This document shows, in pieces, positions 30,294 to 41,081 of a stretch of DNA of 64,000 bases. The DNA lies in the NCBI GenBank assembly GCA_963727775.1, contig CAVSHB010000001.1, forward strand, positions 1-64,000, given 5' to 3'. The notes under the pieces were generated by a model that searched no databases, was not told the DNA's origin, and saw only the letters and a list, made by a program, of their open reading frames with translations. The translations under genes were made by a program, and so were the position numbers. Each line of letters starts with the position of its first letter. Position 1 is the stretch's first letter. Source of the DNA: an uncultured Nitrospiraceae bacterium. GTDB taxonomy: Bacteria > Nitrospirota > Thermodesulfovibrionia > Thermodesulfovibrionales > SM23-35.

Positions 30294-31724
30294 ATGGAAA
30301 AAGAGGATATTTTTGAAGAGATTATAGATATCGGCAAGAGTCGCGGCAAGCTGACTTATGATGAGATAAATGATGCTGTTCCGTCAGAATACTTCTCCAC
30401 GAGTGAGATAGAAGAACTTATGGACCTTCTCCATGACGTGGGAATTGAAGTTGTCGACGATCTTGAGCCCGGCATTGCAGAGGAAGAAGTCATAGCTCCT
30501 GAGGAAGAAGAAGAGTATGAAAAGACAGAGGACATCGTACAAACGTACTTTCATTCGATGGGGAATATCTCGATACTTAAGAGGGATGAAGAAATAGAGC
30601 TTGCCAAGAGATTGGCCGAGGGTAAGGAGATCATAAAAGGGATAGTAGTGGCGCTGCCTTTATACAGGAAGATTGAAGCGAATCTGGAGGAAAAAGACGG
30701 AGAGGAGTTAAACGACACGGAAGAAGAAAGAGCGGATGAAGCTCTTTTGATGAGCCTGAAAGCGCTTGACAATCTTATGTTCAAGACAGAGATAGCGGAC
30801 AGAAAGCTTGCGAGATACGGCACATTAAAAGCGTTAAGAAAGGCGATAAGAGCAAAAAAGAAGCAGGACAGCAATTCTCTGCAGCTCAATGCCATTGTAA
30901 AAGAAGTCCGGAGCGAATACCGGCGTATTGAAACAGAGGCTGGGGTCAAGATAGATGACCTGAAAGCCAGGTGGGACAGGATAACAAAGGCAAGGACATT
31001 GGTCAGCGAGGCAAAGAATGAACTGATAACCCGCAACCTGCGGTTGGTAATAAATATAGCCAAGGGTTATGTAGGAAGGGGATTGGCCTTACTCGATCTG
31101 ATCCAGGAGGGTAATATCGGTCTCATGAGGGCTGTAGACAAATTTAAATATGAAATGGGCTTTAAGTTCAGCACATATGCGACGTGGTGGATAAGGCAGG
31201 CGATAACAAGGGCATTGATCGATCAAACAAAGACCATCAGAGTTCCGGTACATGCAGTGGAATTTTATAATAAAGCCACTAAAGCATCCAGAGAACTAAG
31301 ACAACAGCTTGGGAGGGAACCGAGCAAGGAAGAGATCGCCCAAAGACTGGATGTATCCGCGACGAAAATCGAAGAAGTATTCACGGCAGTTCAGGACCCG
31401 ATAGCCCTGCAGACGCCTGTGGCGGATGATGACACAAAACTTGAGGATTTCATCAGTGATAAAGACAGTCCTTCCCCGTATTCCGATACCGAAAGGAATA
31501 ATGTGACTGAGCAGATACTGAAGGTGTTGAATACTTTGTCACCGAGGGAAGCCGAGATTATAAGGATGAGGTTCGGCATAGGATTTGAAAAAGACTACAC
31601 CCTTGAAGAGATAGGTGGACATTTTTCCATAACACGTGAAAGGGTCAGGCAGATAGAGGCAAAGGCGCTTAGAAAACTGAAACATCCGAACAGACGAAGC
31701 GCATTAAAGGTCTTAATGGAGTAA
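30294..31724 (+). CDS. RpoD-like sigma-70 factor
   Basis: Region 1.1 (GKLTYDEIND), NLRLVINIAK, DLIQEGNIGLMRAVDKF, KFSTYATWWIRQAITR, TRERVRQIE. Confidence 0.93.
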   Translation: MEKEDIFEEIIDIGKSRGKLTYDEINDAVPSEYFSTSEIEELMDLLHDVGIEVVDDLEPGIAEEEVIAPEEEEEYEKTEDIVQTYFHSMGNISILKRDEEIELAKRLAEGKEIIKGIVVALPLYRKIEANLEEKDGEELNDTEEERADEALLMSLKALDNLMFKTEIADRKLARYGTLKALRKAIRAKKKQDSNSLQLNAIVKEVRSEYRRIETEAGVKIDDLKARWDRITKARTLVSEAKNELITRNLRLVINIAKGYVGRGLALLDLIQEGNIGLMRAVDKFKYEMGFKFSTYATWWIRQAITRALIDQTKTIRVPVHAVEFYNKATKASRELRQQLGREPSKEEIAQRLDVSATKIEEVFTAVQDPIALQTPVADDDTKLEDFISDKDSPSPYSDTERNNVTEQILKVLNTLSPREAEIIRMRFGIGFEKDYTLEEIGGHFSITRERVRQIEAKALRKLKHPNRRSALKVLME

Positions 31725-31751
31725 TTTATCCGTTTGAATTACTGATTTTGA

Positions 31752-32369
31752 CTAATCCATCCTATGCTTTTTCGTACCTGCCCCAATTATTCTCGGCGGT
31801 ACCATAACTGAACGCACCTCTACATTATCCATATCTTCAAGAAATACCTCTTTAAAGGTCTGCGCACTGAACCGGTAGTAATCGCCAGGTTCGTCATGCA
31901 TCTGAAATGTTAGTGTTGCTGTGAAAAACAGATCCGCATATTGATTCGAGCGCAACTTTCGAATTAAGGGAATATTTTTAAGAATTGCTCTAACCACCTT
32001 TTCCGTCGTGAAATGTTTATAACCTGGAGCGCCAATAACGATAAGCCCGCCAGGTTTTGTGACTCTCTTAATTTCTGCTATCGTTTTCCAGAAATATTTA
32101 TCGTGTTCAAGCACGGCATTACAAAGAACGACGTCAAACCTATTATCTTCAAAACAGTCCATGAAATTTGCGTTTCCCTTATGAATCCTAAAATCCTTAA
32201 AATCGTGAGGACCATCGAGATTTATTCCAACCTTCTCTGTTGCACTTTCCAATGATTTCATGCAGAGAAGACTCATCTTTGAAGAGATGGCGCCAACCTC
32301 TAATACAGAACCACTAATATGTCTCTTCGAACAGATTTGCTCAAACTCCTGGTAGATTTTAGGATGCAT
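31752..32369 (-). CDS. Class I SAM-dependent methyltransferase
   Basis: VLEVGA, FDVVLCNAVLEH...KPGG, HDEPGDYYRF. Confidence 0.85.
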   Translation of the reverse strand: MHPKIYQEFEQICSKRHISGSVLEVGAISSKMSLLCMKSLESATEKVGINLDGPHDFKDFRIHKGNANFMDCFEDNRFDVVLCNAVLEHDKYFWKTIAEIKRVTKPGGLIVIGAPGYKHFTTEKVVRAILKNIPLIRKLRSNQYADLFFTATLTFQMHDEPGDYYRFSAQTFKEVFLEDMDNVEVRSVMVPPRIIGAGTKKHRMD

Positions 32370-32507
32370 TGTTTTCTCCTATTTTGTAAACGGCATAACA
32401 ATTACTATACCCGGCATGTATTTTTTCCCGTCACGGATATCATCATAGTATAGTAGTCAGCTCTTGAAAAGGCAAAAACTCAATAAAATCAGGAAGACTT
32501 TTAATTG

Positions 32508-32711
32508 TTACATATTGTATGAGCTTCTCGATAAAATAATACCAACGAAAACAGCCGCAACTCCGGCAATAATATAAATAATGGAAGTTAGTTTCTTTAC
32601 GGACTCGTCTCTCTTTATCAAGGATATAATGCCTGCGATGAATGCAACCAACCCAACCACAATAAGGTTAATTCCAACAACAAGGCTGAAAATATTATTA
32701 AGAGTACCCAT
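32508..32711 (-). CDS. Small two-TM membrane protein
   Basis: Two hydrophobic helices in 67 aa. Confidence 0.6.
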   Translation of the reverse strand: MGTLNNIFSLVVGINLIVVGLVAFIAGIISLIKRDESVKKLTSIIYIIAGVAAVFVGIILSRSSYNM

Positions 32712-32809
32712 TCAGTATACTTGAGAAACAGGATCTTGCCCCTGGAAGGGTTTTTCCTTATAAGCCGACGCAAGTCTCTCAGATGGGTGTACCCGGTAAC
32801 GTTTTTCTT

Positions 32810-32992
32810 TCATCGCTGTTTACAAGACTTACAAAGAAGAATTAGCCGGCCTTCGCGGAAGGTTCGAGATAAATGACTTCTGCAAAATAATTTACCGCAT
32901 CCCTTACATTTCCCTCCACGGTCATAACTGAAACTCTTACCACAGTGAGAGCATATAAAAGGGACGATTACATGCTTACCATTCATTATCAA
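32810..32992 (-). CDS. Small Zn-finger-like protein
   Basis: CSHC, CKGC, CRSH and CKSC in 60 aa. Confidence 0.55.
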   Translation of the reverse strand: MIMNGKHVIVPFICSHCGKSFSYDRGGKCKGCGKLFCRSHLSRTFREGRLILLCKSCKQR

Positions 32993-33357
32993 TTATACTC
33001 CGCACAATTATAATATGCATTAGATACGCACACTGGAGGATCCGCCGGGGAATTCTTTGATAAAACGGAATACCTCTTCTCTTTGAACCGCGCATGGCTC
33101 AACCGTATGGCTAAGATTTTAGGGTAGAAGATGTATTTATGAAAATGGTTCAGTCCACACAGATGACTCTTTCTTTATAGCTCATAATCCGGTAAAATTT
33201 ATTACATCGGGCCATGTTGAAACATATTTAATCGGAGCGGTGGCTGTAGTAGGCAATATTAATAACGTCCCGTTTTTTTATTATTTCACAGAGGGGAAAA
33301 TTCATCTATTGCCTTCAACACGGCAGTATTGTTTGTATTATTAGGGAAGGGATTGAT

Positions 33358-35754
33358 ATGTCTATCAGATTAAAACTTACTATTATGTTTATGGTCTTTG
33401 TCTTAATCCCTTCGCTTTTTATCAGCGTTTTAACTTTCACTAAGTATAAAAAATCTTTAGAGACCATCCGCCTTTCAGAGCTCCAAGATATTGCTGCTTT
33501 TAAGGCGGATAGGATAGAGACATACTTTGCCTCATTAAAGGCTGATATAGAGATAGCCCAGGGCTATTACAATATCAAGAAGAACCTTCCTGTACTCACC
33601 CGGCTTACTGACGACCCGAACAATCCTAAGTTCCTTGCTGCTAAAAAAATGCTTGATGAACAATTACAACGGATGCAATCAGTTTTAGGCCTGTCTGATA
33701 TTATGCTGGTTAATCCCATTGGCGAGGTCGTTTACTCCAGTAACCCTAAACACATCCCCAAAGACTTTTTGAATCCCCTTCCTGACCCGCAACAAAAGGC
33801 TTTTGCAGAAGGGAAAAATAGAGTATATTTTTCCGATATCTTTTTAAACAAAGAGCAAAGCAACAGGCCGGCAATGCTGGTTACTGCTCCGGCCTCTGAT
33901 TTTGACGGAACTTTTATTGAGGTCATTGCTTTTGAAATAGACATGGCCTCCATTTATAAGCTTATTCAGGATGTAACCGGGCTTGGCACTACCGGAGAGG
34001 TCCTGGTGGGAAAGAAAATAGGAAACGAGGCGATATATTTGAATCCCTTAAGGCATGACCCAGAAGCAGCTCTTAAGAAAACTATAAATATAGGCGGGAC
34101 GCTTGGCGGCCCTATTCAAGGGGCTGCGCAGGGCAGAAAAGGAGCCGGCCGGTTAATTGATTACAGGGGTAAGGAAGTTATCGCAGCTTGGCGGTATATC
34201 CCTTCTTTAGATTGGGGAATAGTGGCTAAAATTGATACCGAGGAAGCATTTGCCGACGTAATAAATTTGAGGAATGTGGTCATTATAATCCTGTCTATTG
34301 TTTTTGTTCTATGCGGCATAATAGCATTTTCGATAGCCCAGTCTATTTCAGCGCCTATTAAAACTCTCTCTAAAGGCGCAGAGATAATCGGAAGCGGGAA
34401 TTTAGACTATAAAATTGGAAGCAATCTAAAGGATGAAATAGGTCAGCTTTCAAGAACATTTGACAAAATGACCCAGGATTTAAAGAAGATCACTGCTTCG
34501 CGCGATGAATTGAACAGTGAAATCGCTGAACGCAAGCGGGCTGAAAGTGTTACGCAGGCCCAGCTAAAGATTCTGGCCGTGGCCAATTCGAAAACACTGT
34601 CTACGGATGGAGTGCTTCGGCTGGTGTTGGATGAAATCGAAGCTCAGACAAACAGCAAGATCGGCTTTTACCATTTTATGGAGGCCGATAACGAAACGAT
34701 CTCGCTACAGAACTGGTCGACTAATACTCTCGGAAACATGTGCACCGCAGAGGGCAAAGGCAGTCACTACCCAGTTTCCCGGGCTGGCGTCTGGACGGAT
34801 TGTGTGCATGAGCAGCGTCCGGTAATCCATAATGACTACTCTTCTCTGCCTCATCGCAAGGGGCTGCCTCCCGGACACGCGCCTGTCATCCGGGAAATGG
34901 TTGTCCCGCTTCTAAGAGATGGTCGGATCGTAGCGATCATCGGCGTAGGCAACAAGCCAAGCAATTATGACGAGACCGACATTGCAAATGCTTTGCTACT
35001 CGGGGACATCTCATGGGAAATCGTCGAGCGCAAGCAGGCAGAAGAAGAATTGCGCAGGCTTACAGAAGAGTTGAAGAGCTCCAACGCTGATCTGGAGCAG
35101 TTTGCCTATGCCGCTTCGCATGACCTTCAGGAACCCCTGCGCGTGGTCGCAGGATTTGTCAGTCTGCTCGAAAAGAGGTATAGAGAGAAACTCGATGATA
35201 AGGCCCGCGAGTTTATCGATTACGCCGTTGATGGCACCAAGAGGATGCAGCTACTCATTAAAGACCTCCTGGCATATTCACAGGTTGGGACAAGGAGGAA
35301 GACCTTTGAACCGACAAATTGCTCAGTAGCTTTGGAACAGGCAATCTACAATCTGCATAAGGCTGTCGAGGAAAGTGGCGCAGAAGTGACCTACGACCTG
35401 CTGCCGATAGTATCGGGTGATTCTTCACAGCTCACCAGATTGTTCCAGAACCTCATTGGAAATGCAATTAAATACCATGGGAAAGATAAGCCGGAGATTC
35501 ATATTTCAGCTCAAAGGAAAGGAGATGAGTGGGTATTTTCAGTGCAGGACAACGGTATCGGCATTGAATCTCAATATTTTGAGAAGATATTTGATGTTTT
35601 TCGCCGTCTTCATACAAGAGAAGAGTATGATGGCACCGGGATAGGGCTGGCAATATGCAAGAAAATTGTGGAGAGGCACGGTGGAAAAATCTCGGTTGAA
35701 TCGGCTCCCGGCAAAGGTTCGACGTTCTACTTTACAGTGCCTGCCAGCAACTGA
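33358..35754 (+). CDS. Membrane sensor histidine kinase (Cache-HAMP-GAF-HisKA-HATPase)
   Basis: TM helices, DEIGQL HAMP, GAF, ASHDLQEPL, NLIGNAIKY, DNGIGI, GTGIGLAIC. Confidence 0.95.
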   Translation: MSIRLKLTIMFMVFVLIPSLFISVLTFTKYKKSLETIRLSELQDIAAFKADRIETYFASLKADIEIAQGYYNIKKNLPVLTRLTDDPNNPKFLAAKKMLDEQLQRMQSVLGLSDIMLVNPIGEVVYSSNPKHIPKDFLNPLPDPQQKAFAEGKNRVYFSDIFLNKEQSNRPAMLVTAPASDFDGTFIEVIAFEIDMASIYKLIQDVTGLGTTGEVLVGKKIGNEAIYLNPLRHDPEAALKKTINIGGTLGGPIQGAAQGRKGAGRLIDYRGKEVIAAWRYIPSLDWGIVAKIDTEEAFADVINLRNVVIIILSIVFVLCGIIAFSIAQSISAPIKTLSKGAEIIGSGNLDYKIGSNLKDEIGQLSRTFDKMTQDLKKITASRDELNSEIAERKRAESVTQAQLKILAVANSKTLSTDGVLRLVLDEIEAQTNSKIGFYHFMEADNETISLQNWSTNTLGNMCTAEGKGSHYPVSRAGVWTDCVHEQRPVIHNDYSSLPHRKGLPPGHAPVIREMVVPLLRDGRIVAIIGVGNKPSNYDETDIANALLLGDISWEIVERKQAEEELRRLTEELKSSNADLEQFAYAASHDLQEPLRVVAGFVSLLEKRYREKLDDKAREFIDYAVDGTKRMQLLIKDLLAYSQVGTRRKTFEPTNCSVALEQAIYNLHKAVEESGAEVTYDLLPIVSGDSSQLTRLFQNLIGNAIKYHGKDKPEIHISAQRKGDEWVFSVQDNGIGIESQYFEKIFDVFRRLHTREEYDGTGIGLAICKKIVERHGGKISVESAPGKGSTFYFTVPASN

Positions 35755-37865
35755 CCGACAAAGCTTGTTTTGGAAGAAGTCGCTACCTTCTAACCCCAAA
35801 TAATATCGCATAGTTCTTTCGATAATCCTCAATATCTTCTTTCTGCAGAATCATTCAGTATAGATAAAAAGTCTCAAATTCTGATAAGTGCGAGGGATGC
35901 GCCTTTGATGAAAAAATCTTGAATCATCAAGTCTTTCCATTTTCAACACGTTGTAGGGTATGCCGTGTAAAACATATGACTTGTCGGTTAAAGTCCGACT
36001 GTGGGAATTTGGTAGCTCACCCACATAGCTTGAGGGAGGTGCAAAGGGTAACCTGAAGCATTAAGTTTCCTGACAAAGGCTCCGAAAGGGAGCTGAGCAA
36101 ACCCGCAGGCCGCAGCGTAAGCGAACCTATGTGTAGCCTCGTTAGTGATAAACGGAGTTGTCGACCCTCTCCTACATTGGGGAAGACCGTAGCATCTATC
36201 CTAACAGAAACTACCGTAACCGATAGATGGGCTCCCGGGGTGACAGGGGTGGCATGCAGGGGAAGCCATATGATAATAAACACGGGAGACCCGTGTCGAT
36301 GCCTTCAGAGGGTAACTGGTGGATATAAGGAAACGAAGTTTCACTGGGTCGGCATGGGAGTCGGAGTTGCCCATAGTACCGCTACTATCTCAAAGACAAC
36401 ATAACTTTGAGAGAGGGAAGGGGCAATACCTTCATCATGTTTCCGAAGGAGTAAAGGAAAGGAGATTGCGGCAACGCTATAAACTCCAGTAGTTCTGGGA
36501 ACTTCAGAGGAAACTATACCAGTAGACCAAGCGGTAGCGAAAGCCTCTGGAAGAAGATGATTGGAAAGCCGGATTCGGGAAAACCGACCGTCCGGTTGTG
36601 TGTCCAGCGAAGGCTGGTGTGTTCAGCAGGAGACAGTCCTGCCATGGCAATAGTCAGAAGCCATGTAGTTAGGATGGCAAGGTAAAGGGAAACCGATATC
36701 CTGAAGCCCATCGACACTATCATCAAAGGGATGATAACGAGTTGCCAGGCCGCAACGAAAGTGAACGTAGAGGTGGCCCCGAGAGTTCGAAGCCCTGAAG
36801 GCCGAGTTTTCAACCGTAGGGTGAAGGCAGCATAGGTAATCGAAAACTGACTGATACGGTTATTTACTTCAGCGGGGTGATAGCGGCGGCATGGCAGCAA
36901 GGGCACACCGAGCAACTGGAGAAACCCTCATCGCCCCAGTGAGAAATCACCGGAGCAAGGTAAGTCCTATAACCAGAAACACTGGGAAGTGGGCTGAAGG
37001 CGGAAGGGTGGCGGAAGGGTCAGCAGTAGCGAAGAAGCAGGGTAATTCCTGTGGAGCGAAGAGGCCCTACTTTTGGCAATCCTCTAACAACATTGTGAGG
37101 CAGGGATGGAATGACAAAGACATCTGTTAGTCTGCAAGAGCTGAGGAAGAGGATCTACGTCAAGGCGAAAGCTGATAAGCATCATCGCTTTTGGGGATTG
37201 TATGTTCACGTATGCAAGGTGGAGACGCTCCAATCGGCCTATGAGATGGCCAAACGCAATGACGGGGCACCGGGCATTGATGGTGTCACCTTCGAGGCTA
37301 TTGAGGAAAGCGGGCTGGAGGAGTTTCTCCTCGGCATACGAAATGAACTGCTTTCATGGATGTACCTGCCTATGCGAAATCGGAAGAAAGAGATACCAAA
37401 GGACAACGGAAGAGTTCGTGTTTTGGGGATACCAACAATCCGAGATAGGGTAGTGCAGGGCGCGCTTAAGCTTATTCTTGAACCAATCTTTGAAGCTGAC
37501 TTTCAAGAAGGCTCATACGGGTACCGTCCGAAGCGGACAGCGCATCAGGCGGTGCATCGGGTCGCAGATGCGGTAGTCCACAATAAAACACGGGTCATCG
37601 ACGTTGACCTCAAGGCATACTTTGATACAGTGCGTCATGACATATTGCTGAGCAAAGTAGCAAGAAGGGTCAACGATGACAGAGTGATGTGGCTGCTCAG
37701 ACTCATACTAAAAGTCAGTGGTAAGCGCGGAGTTCCACAGGGCGGATTATCCAAAGCTTTGGATAATCCGCCTTATCAAAAGTAATATATTATCCAAAGT
37801 AAATGCTGTAAGCGCTTGATACAGTTAGGTTTGTGTTTCATTTACTTTGGATAATACTGCGTGTG

Positions 37866-38876
37866 TTAGAGACGGCTTAGCCAGGCAAGTAGCCCTTCAT
37901 CTTGGTTCCACTGCGGCAAATCAGTTACAACCATGTCGGGATATGCTTTTTCTAACGCTTTTCGTTTCAGCTCAGTATCTGTACGGGCATAAATTTCAGT
38001 TGTTGAAATATCGACATGCCCTAAAAGATCCCGGATATAAATCAGGTTAATCCCTGCCTGTAACAAATTCATCGCCTTCGTATGCCTGAAAACATGGGGG
38101 GTAACATTATCCGGAATAATCGAAGACACTGCCCTTGCACGAGACACGTATTTGTTCAGAATGAATGTAACGCCCATTGGAGTCAGCTTGCCGCGCTGGC
38201 GATTTACAAATAACGGGCGGTCCTGCATGCCGTTTTGAAGCAGATAAGTTTCGGTCATGTACTGCCGCAGCAGGGATTCCATATTGGACATAATTGGAAC
38301 CTGCCTGGTTTTGCGGCCTTTGCCAGTCAGGGTCAGGATTGGTGGATGATCCAATCGGACATCACGAACCTTTAGATCAATCAACTCCTGAACTCTGGCC
38401 CCTGTATCATACAGTGCCGAAAGCATCGTTAAGTCACGACGGCCACTGGCTTTGGAAAGATCGGGCTGGGCAAGAATGAGTTTCAATGCATCAGGTGTGA
38501 GATAATGCACCGTTGGCTTTGGAGCTTTCTTCATCGGAATTGAGAGAATTTTCTGGTATGACAATAGACCGACAGGGTCTTCGACCTGCATATACCTACA
38601 AAAGCCATGAATACAGGCCAATCGTTGGTTGCGCGTAGCGATACTGCTTTTTCTGTCTTGTTCAAGCCATGAGAGGAACCCAACCACGAGTGGCTCATCG
38701 ATGCGTTGTAGACAGATATATTCAATGGACAGGCCGCAACCCTGTTTGCAGTATATGAGAAACAGTTTGAAAGTATCCCGATAAGATTTGATCGTGTTGG
38801 GGCTGACATTGCGCTGGCCCGGCAGATAAACGGATAGGTAATGAGATAATGCCTTGGCAAAGTCAGTTGGTTTCAT
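37866..38876 (-). CDS. RIT tyrosine recombinase RitC
   Basis: SPNTIKSYRDTF, TRNQRLA, YDTGARVQE, HVFRHTKAM, LGHVDISTTEIYA. Confidence 0.92.
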   Translation of the reverse strand: MKPTDFAKALSHYLSVYLPGQRNVSPNTIKSYRDTFKLFLIYCKQGCGLSIEYICLQRIDEPLVVGFLSWLEQDRKSSIATRNQRLACIHGFCRYMQVEDPVGLLSYQKILSIPMKKAPKPTVHYLTPDALKLILAQPDLSKASGRRDLTMLSALYDTGARVQELIDLKVRDVRLDHPPILTLTGKGRKTRQVPIMSNMESLLRQYMTETYLLQNGMQDRPLFVNRQRGKLTPMGVTFILNKYVSRARAVSSIIPDNVTPHVFRHTKAMNLLQAGINLIYIRDLLGHVDISTTEIYARTDTELKRKALEKAYPDMVVTDLPQWNQDEGLLAWLSRL

Positions 38877-39849
38877 AGTCTTCACTCCTCATAATAGGTA
38901 TGACATGGCCAAAAGCATGGTCCACCTTTGCCGTTATATCCGGATAAAGTTCAGCGGTCAGCCTCAAGTACTGGGATGTATCGCTAAAGGAATGATGGCC
39001 CAGATACGTTTTGAGAATAGGCAGGTAGGCAGTCAAATCCTTTCCTTCCAGCACCCAGCGCCTCAGACAATGAACAGCATGGCTATGCCTCAAATCGTGG
39101 AGCCGCGGCCCTTTTCCCCATCCACCATGAGAAATCCGGGCTTTCCAAAGGAATTTCCTGAAATTTTTATAGACATTCCCTTTGGTTATCGTTTTTCCGT
39201 TCGGAGAAGGAAAGAAATAAGCGTTAGAATCAGAAAACAAATGGACCTGCTTCATATAGGCAGGACATCTATGAAGTAATTCCTTGGACATAGGAACCAG
39301 CCTGTCCTTGTTGAATTTCCCATCCATAATCGTGAGGACACCAGTGTTCAAATCTACATCCCGCACTTTGAGATTCAGCGCCTCCGAAATACGCAACCCA
39401 CAGCCATACAACATACGGAACAGCAGCGGCATGATCCAATGTCTGTTCGGAACTTCGGCACAGTAATGGCAAGCATCCACTTGTTTGAAAAACTCTGCAA
39501 GCTCATCATTGCTGAAAATGTAGGGAATGTATCTGGGTCCCTTCGGGAGGGTATTTTTGGGAAGCACATAAGCATGCACCCCGAGACGAGTCATGTACAT
39601 GGCCAGTTGCCGTACAACGCATACCCTGATCTGTAAAGTCGCCTGAGCTTCATTCGGGCGTTTCTGACGCCATGAATCGACAAGTTGTTTGGACAGTACC
39701 GGTTCTGTGCAGCCGTATGTCAGACAGAACTGATCAAAATGGTAAAGCACCCGTGCACTGCTGTCATACTTATACCCCAGCGAACGCTTTTGTAGAATCA
39801 CTTCCTGGATAAATTCCTGAAATGGACTGCTATATATGAATTCGGTCAT
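38863..39849 (-). CDS. RIT tyrosine recombinase RitB
   Basis: KRSLGYKY, PYIFS, YGCGLRISE, KFNKDRLVP, PRLHDLRH, YLGH. Confidence 0.92.
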   Translation of the reverse strand: MTEFIYSSPFQEFIQEVILQKRSLGYKYDSSARVLYHFDQFCLTYGCTEPVLSKQLVDSWRQKRPNEAQATLQIRVCVVRQLAMYMTRLGVHAYVLPKNTLPKGPRYIPYIFSNDELAEFFKQVDACHYCAEVPNRHWIMPLLFRMLYGCGLRISEALNLKVRDVDLNTGVLTIMDGKFNKDRLVPMSKELLHRCPAYMKQVHLFSDSNAYFFPSPNGKTITKGNVYKNFRKFLWKARISHGGWGKGPRLHDLRHSHAVHCLRRWVLEGKDLTAYLPILKTYLGHHSFSDTSQYLRLTAELYPDITAKVDHAFGHVIPIMRSEDYETN

Positions 39850-41081
39850 GACTCGAACACCCCCTCGGGGTTCAGCGCGCATTCACGTAGCATCTCCACG
39901 TCCACCTTAAGATAGACAGCCGTTGAATCCGAACTGACGTGTCCCAATATATCGGAAATAACGGATAAGGGTGTTTTCTCTTGAAGTAATCTGCTTGCCA
40001 GCGTGTGCCGTAAGGAATGCATGCCTCTCTTTTTCTGAGGAGAAATCGGGATTTTGGCCAGTCTCATATATTTGACCAAGATTTGATGCAGTCTGTCTTC
40101 ATCCGAGAATGGTTCCAGTGGCGCAAGGTGCCGCAAAAAAACGTAGGGGCTTTCCACCTTGGGACGCCCATTTTTCAGATAATCAATGATCGCCCAGCCG
40201 ATATCGGGAAGAAGTGGGAGGCTCAGCACTCCGGACGTTTTGGACTGTATCAATTCGATGCGATTATCCGGCCATTTCAGGTTGTCCAATTTCAAACGCT
40301 TGATATCTATCGTACGGAGGCCCAACCGCGCGACCAGAAGGATCATTGCATAATCCCTTCTTCCGGCAGGATTGCCTCTGTCTATGACATCGAGCAACTT
40401 GGCGACATGCTCCGGAGTCCATACCGAAGGAATTCTGTTTTGCTTTCTGGCCTTAATCGCAGGGATGGTTTCTGCCAGGTCCTGTGGATGAAGATCGTTA
40501 GTGTGAAGATAGCGCAAAAACGAGCGCAACGCACAAAGATGCAATTCTACAGTCTTATAGCTGTACCCCAACAACGTGTTGATATAGCCGGATACATGTT
40601 TAGCGGTAATATCTGAATAAGAGACAATCTTTTGTGATTCCAAAAAACTCAGAAACTGTTCGGAAATTTTACCATAGTGATTTTGTGTCACTTTGGAGTA
40701 TTCCTTCTGCTGGCAATGGGTTACATAGTACTGCAGTACCTCCTTGAATTCGTCGTTATACAGCAGCTCTTTCTGTTTGTAGTACCTGCGCAGAATGCTG
40801 CCATGTTGCTGGAAGTCACCAAGCATCCGGACAACTCGAAAGGCGTTAATGATCGATTGCGTTAGATCTCCCGCTTCCTCTAATTCGAAAAAGTTATACT
40901 GCTTGTCCAGAAAACGCATACCCACTTCTTCTGCAAAGTGGTCGACTCCTTCGTTTTCGAAAAACGCGACAATACGTTTCCACATCATGCGATAGTACTT
41001 TACCGTATCTTTTTTGTAATGGAGACGGTACAGTTCTTTTTCCAGTCGTGTGATTAAATCTTGCAAAGGCGGGCTGTTCAT
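39846..41081 (-). CDS. RIT tyrosine recombinase RitA
   Basis: GRRDYAMILLVARLGLR, HSLRHTLAS, ILGH...TAVY. Confidence 0.92.
   Translation of the reverse strand: MNSPPLQDLITRLEKELYRLHYKKDTVKYYRMMWKRIVAFFENEGVDHFAEEVGMRFLDKQYNFFELEEAGDLTQSIINAFRVVRMLGDFQQHGSILRRYYKQKELLYNDEFKEVLQYYVTHCQQKEYSKVTQNHYGKISEQFLSFLESQKIVSYSDITAKHVSGYINTLLGYSYKTVELHLCALRSFLRYLHTNDLHPQDLAETIPAIKARKQNRIPSVWTPEHVAKLLDVIDRGNPAGRRDYAMILLVARLGLRTIDIKRLKLDNLKWPDNRIELIQSKTSGVLSLPLLPDIGWAIIDYLKNGRPKVESPYVFLRHLAPLEPFSDEDRLHQILVKYMRLAKIPISPQKKRGMHSLRHTLASRLLQEKTPLSVISDILGHVSSDSTAVYLKVDVEMLRECALNPEGVFES

Noticed and set aside
35760..35957. Possible host gene interrupted by the outer intron (joined with 43419 onward)
   Set aside because: The minus-strand frame I translated across the rejoined exons contains stops and no recognisable protein; the site looks intergenic or decayed, though not all frames were checked.
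36017..37130. Several 79-133 aa ORFs
   Set aside because: They fall within structured intron RNA domains and carry no protein motifs.
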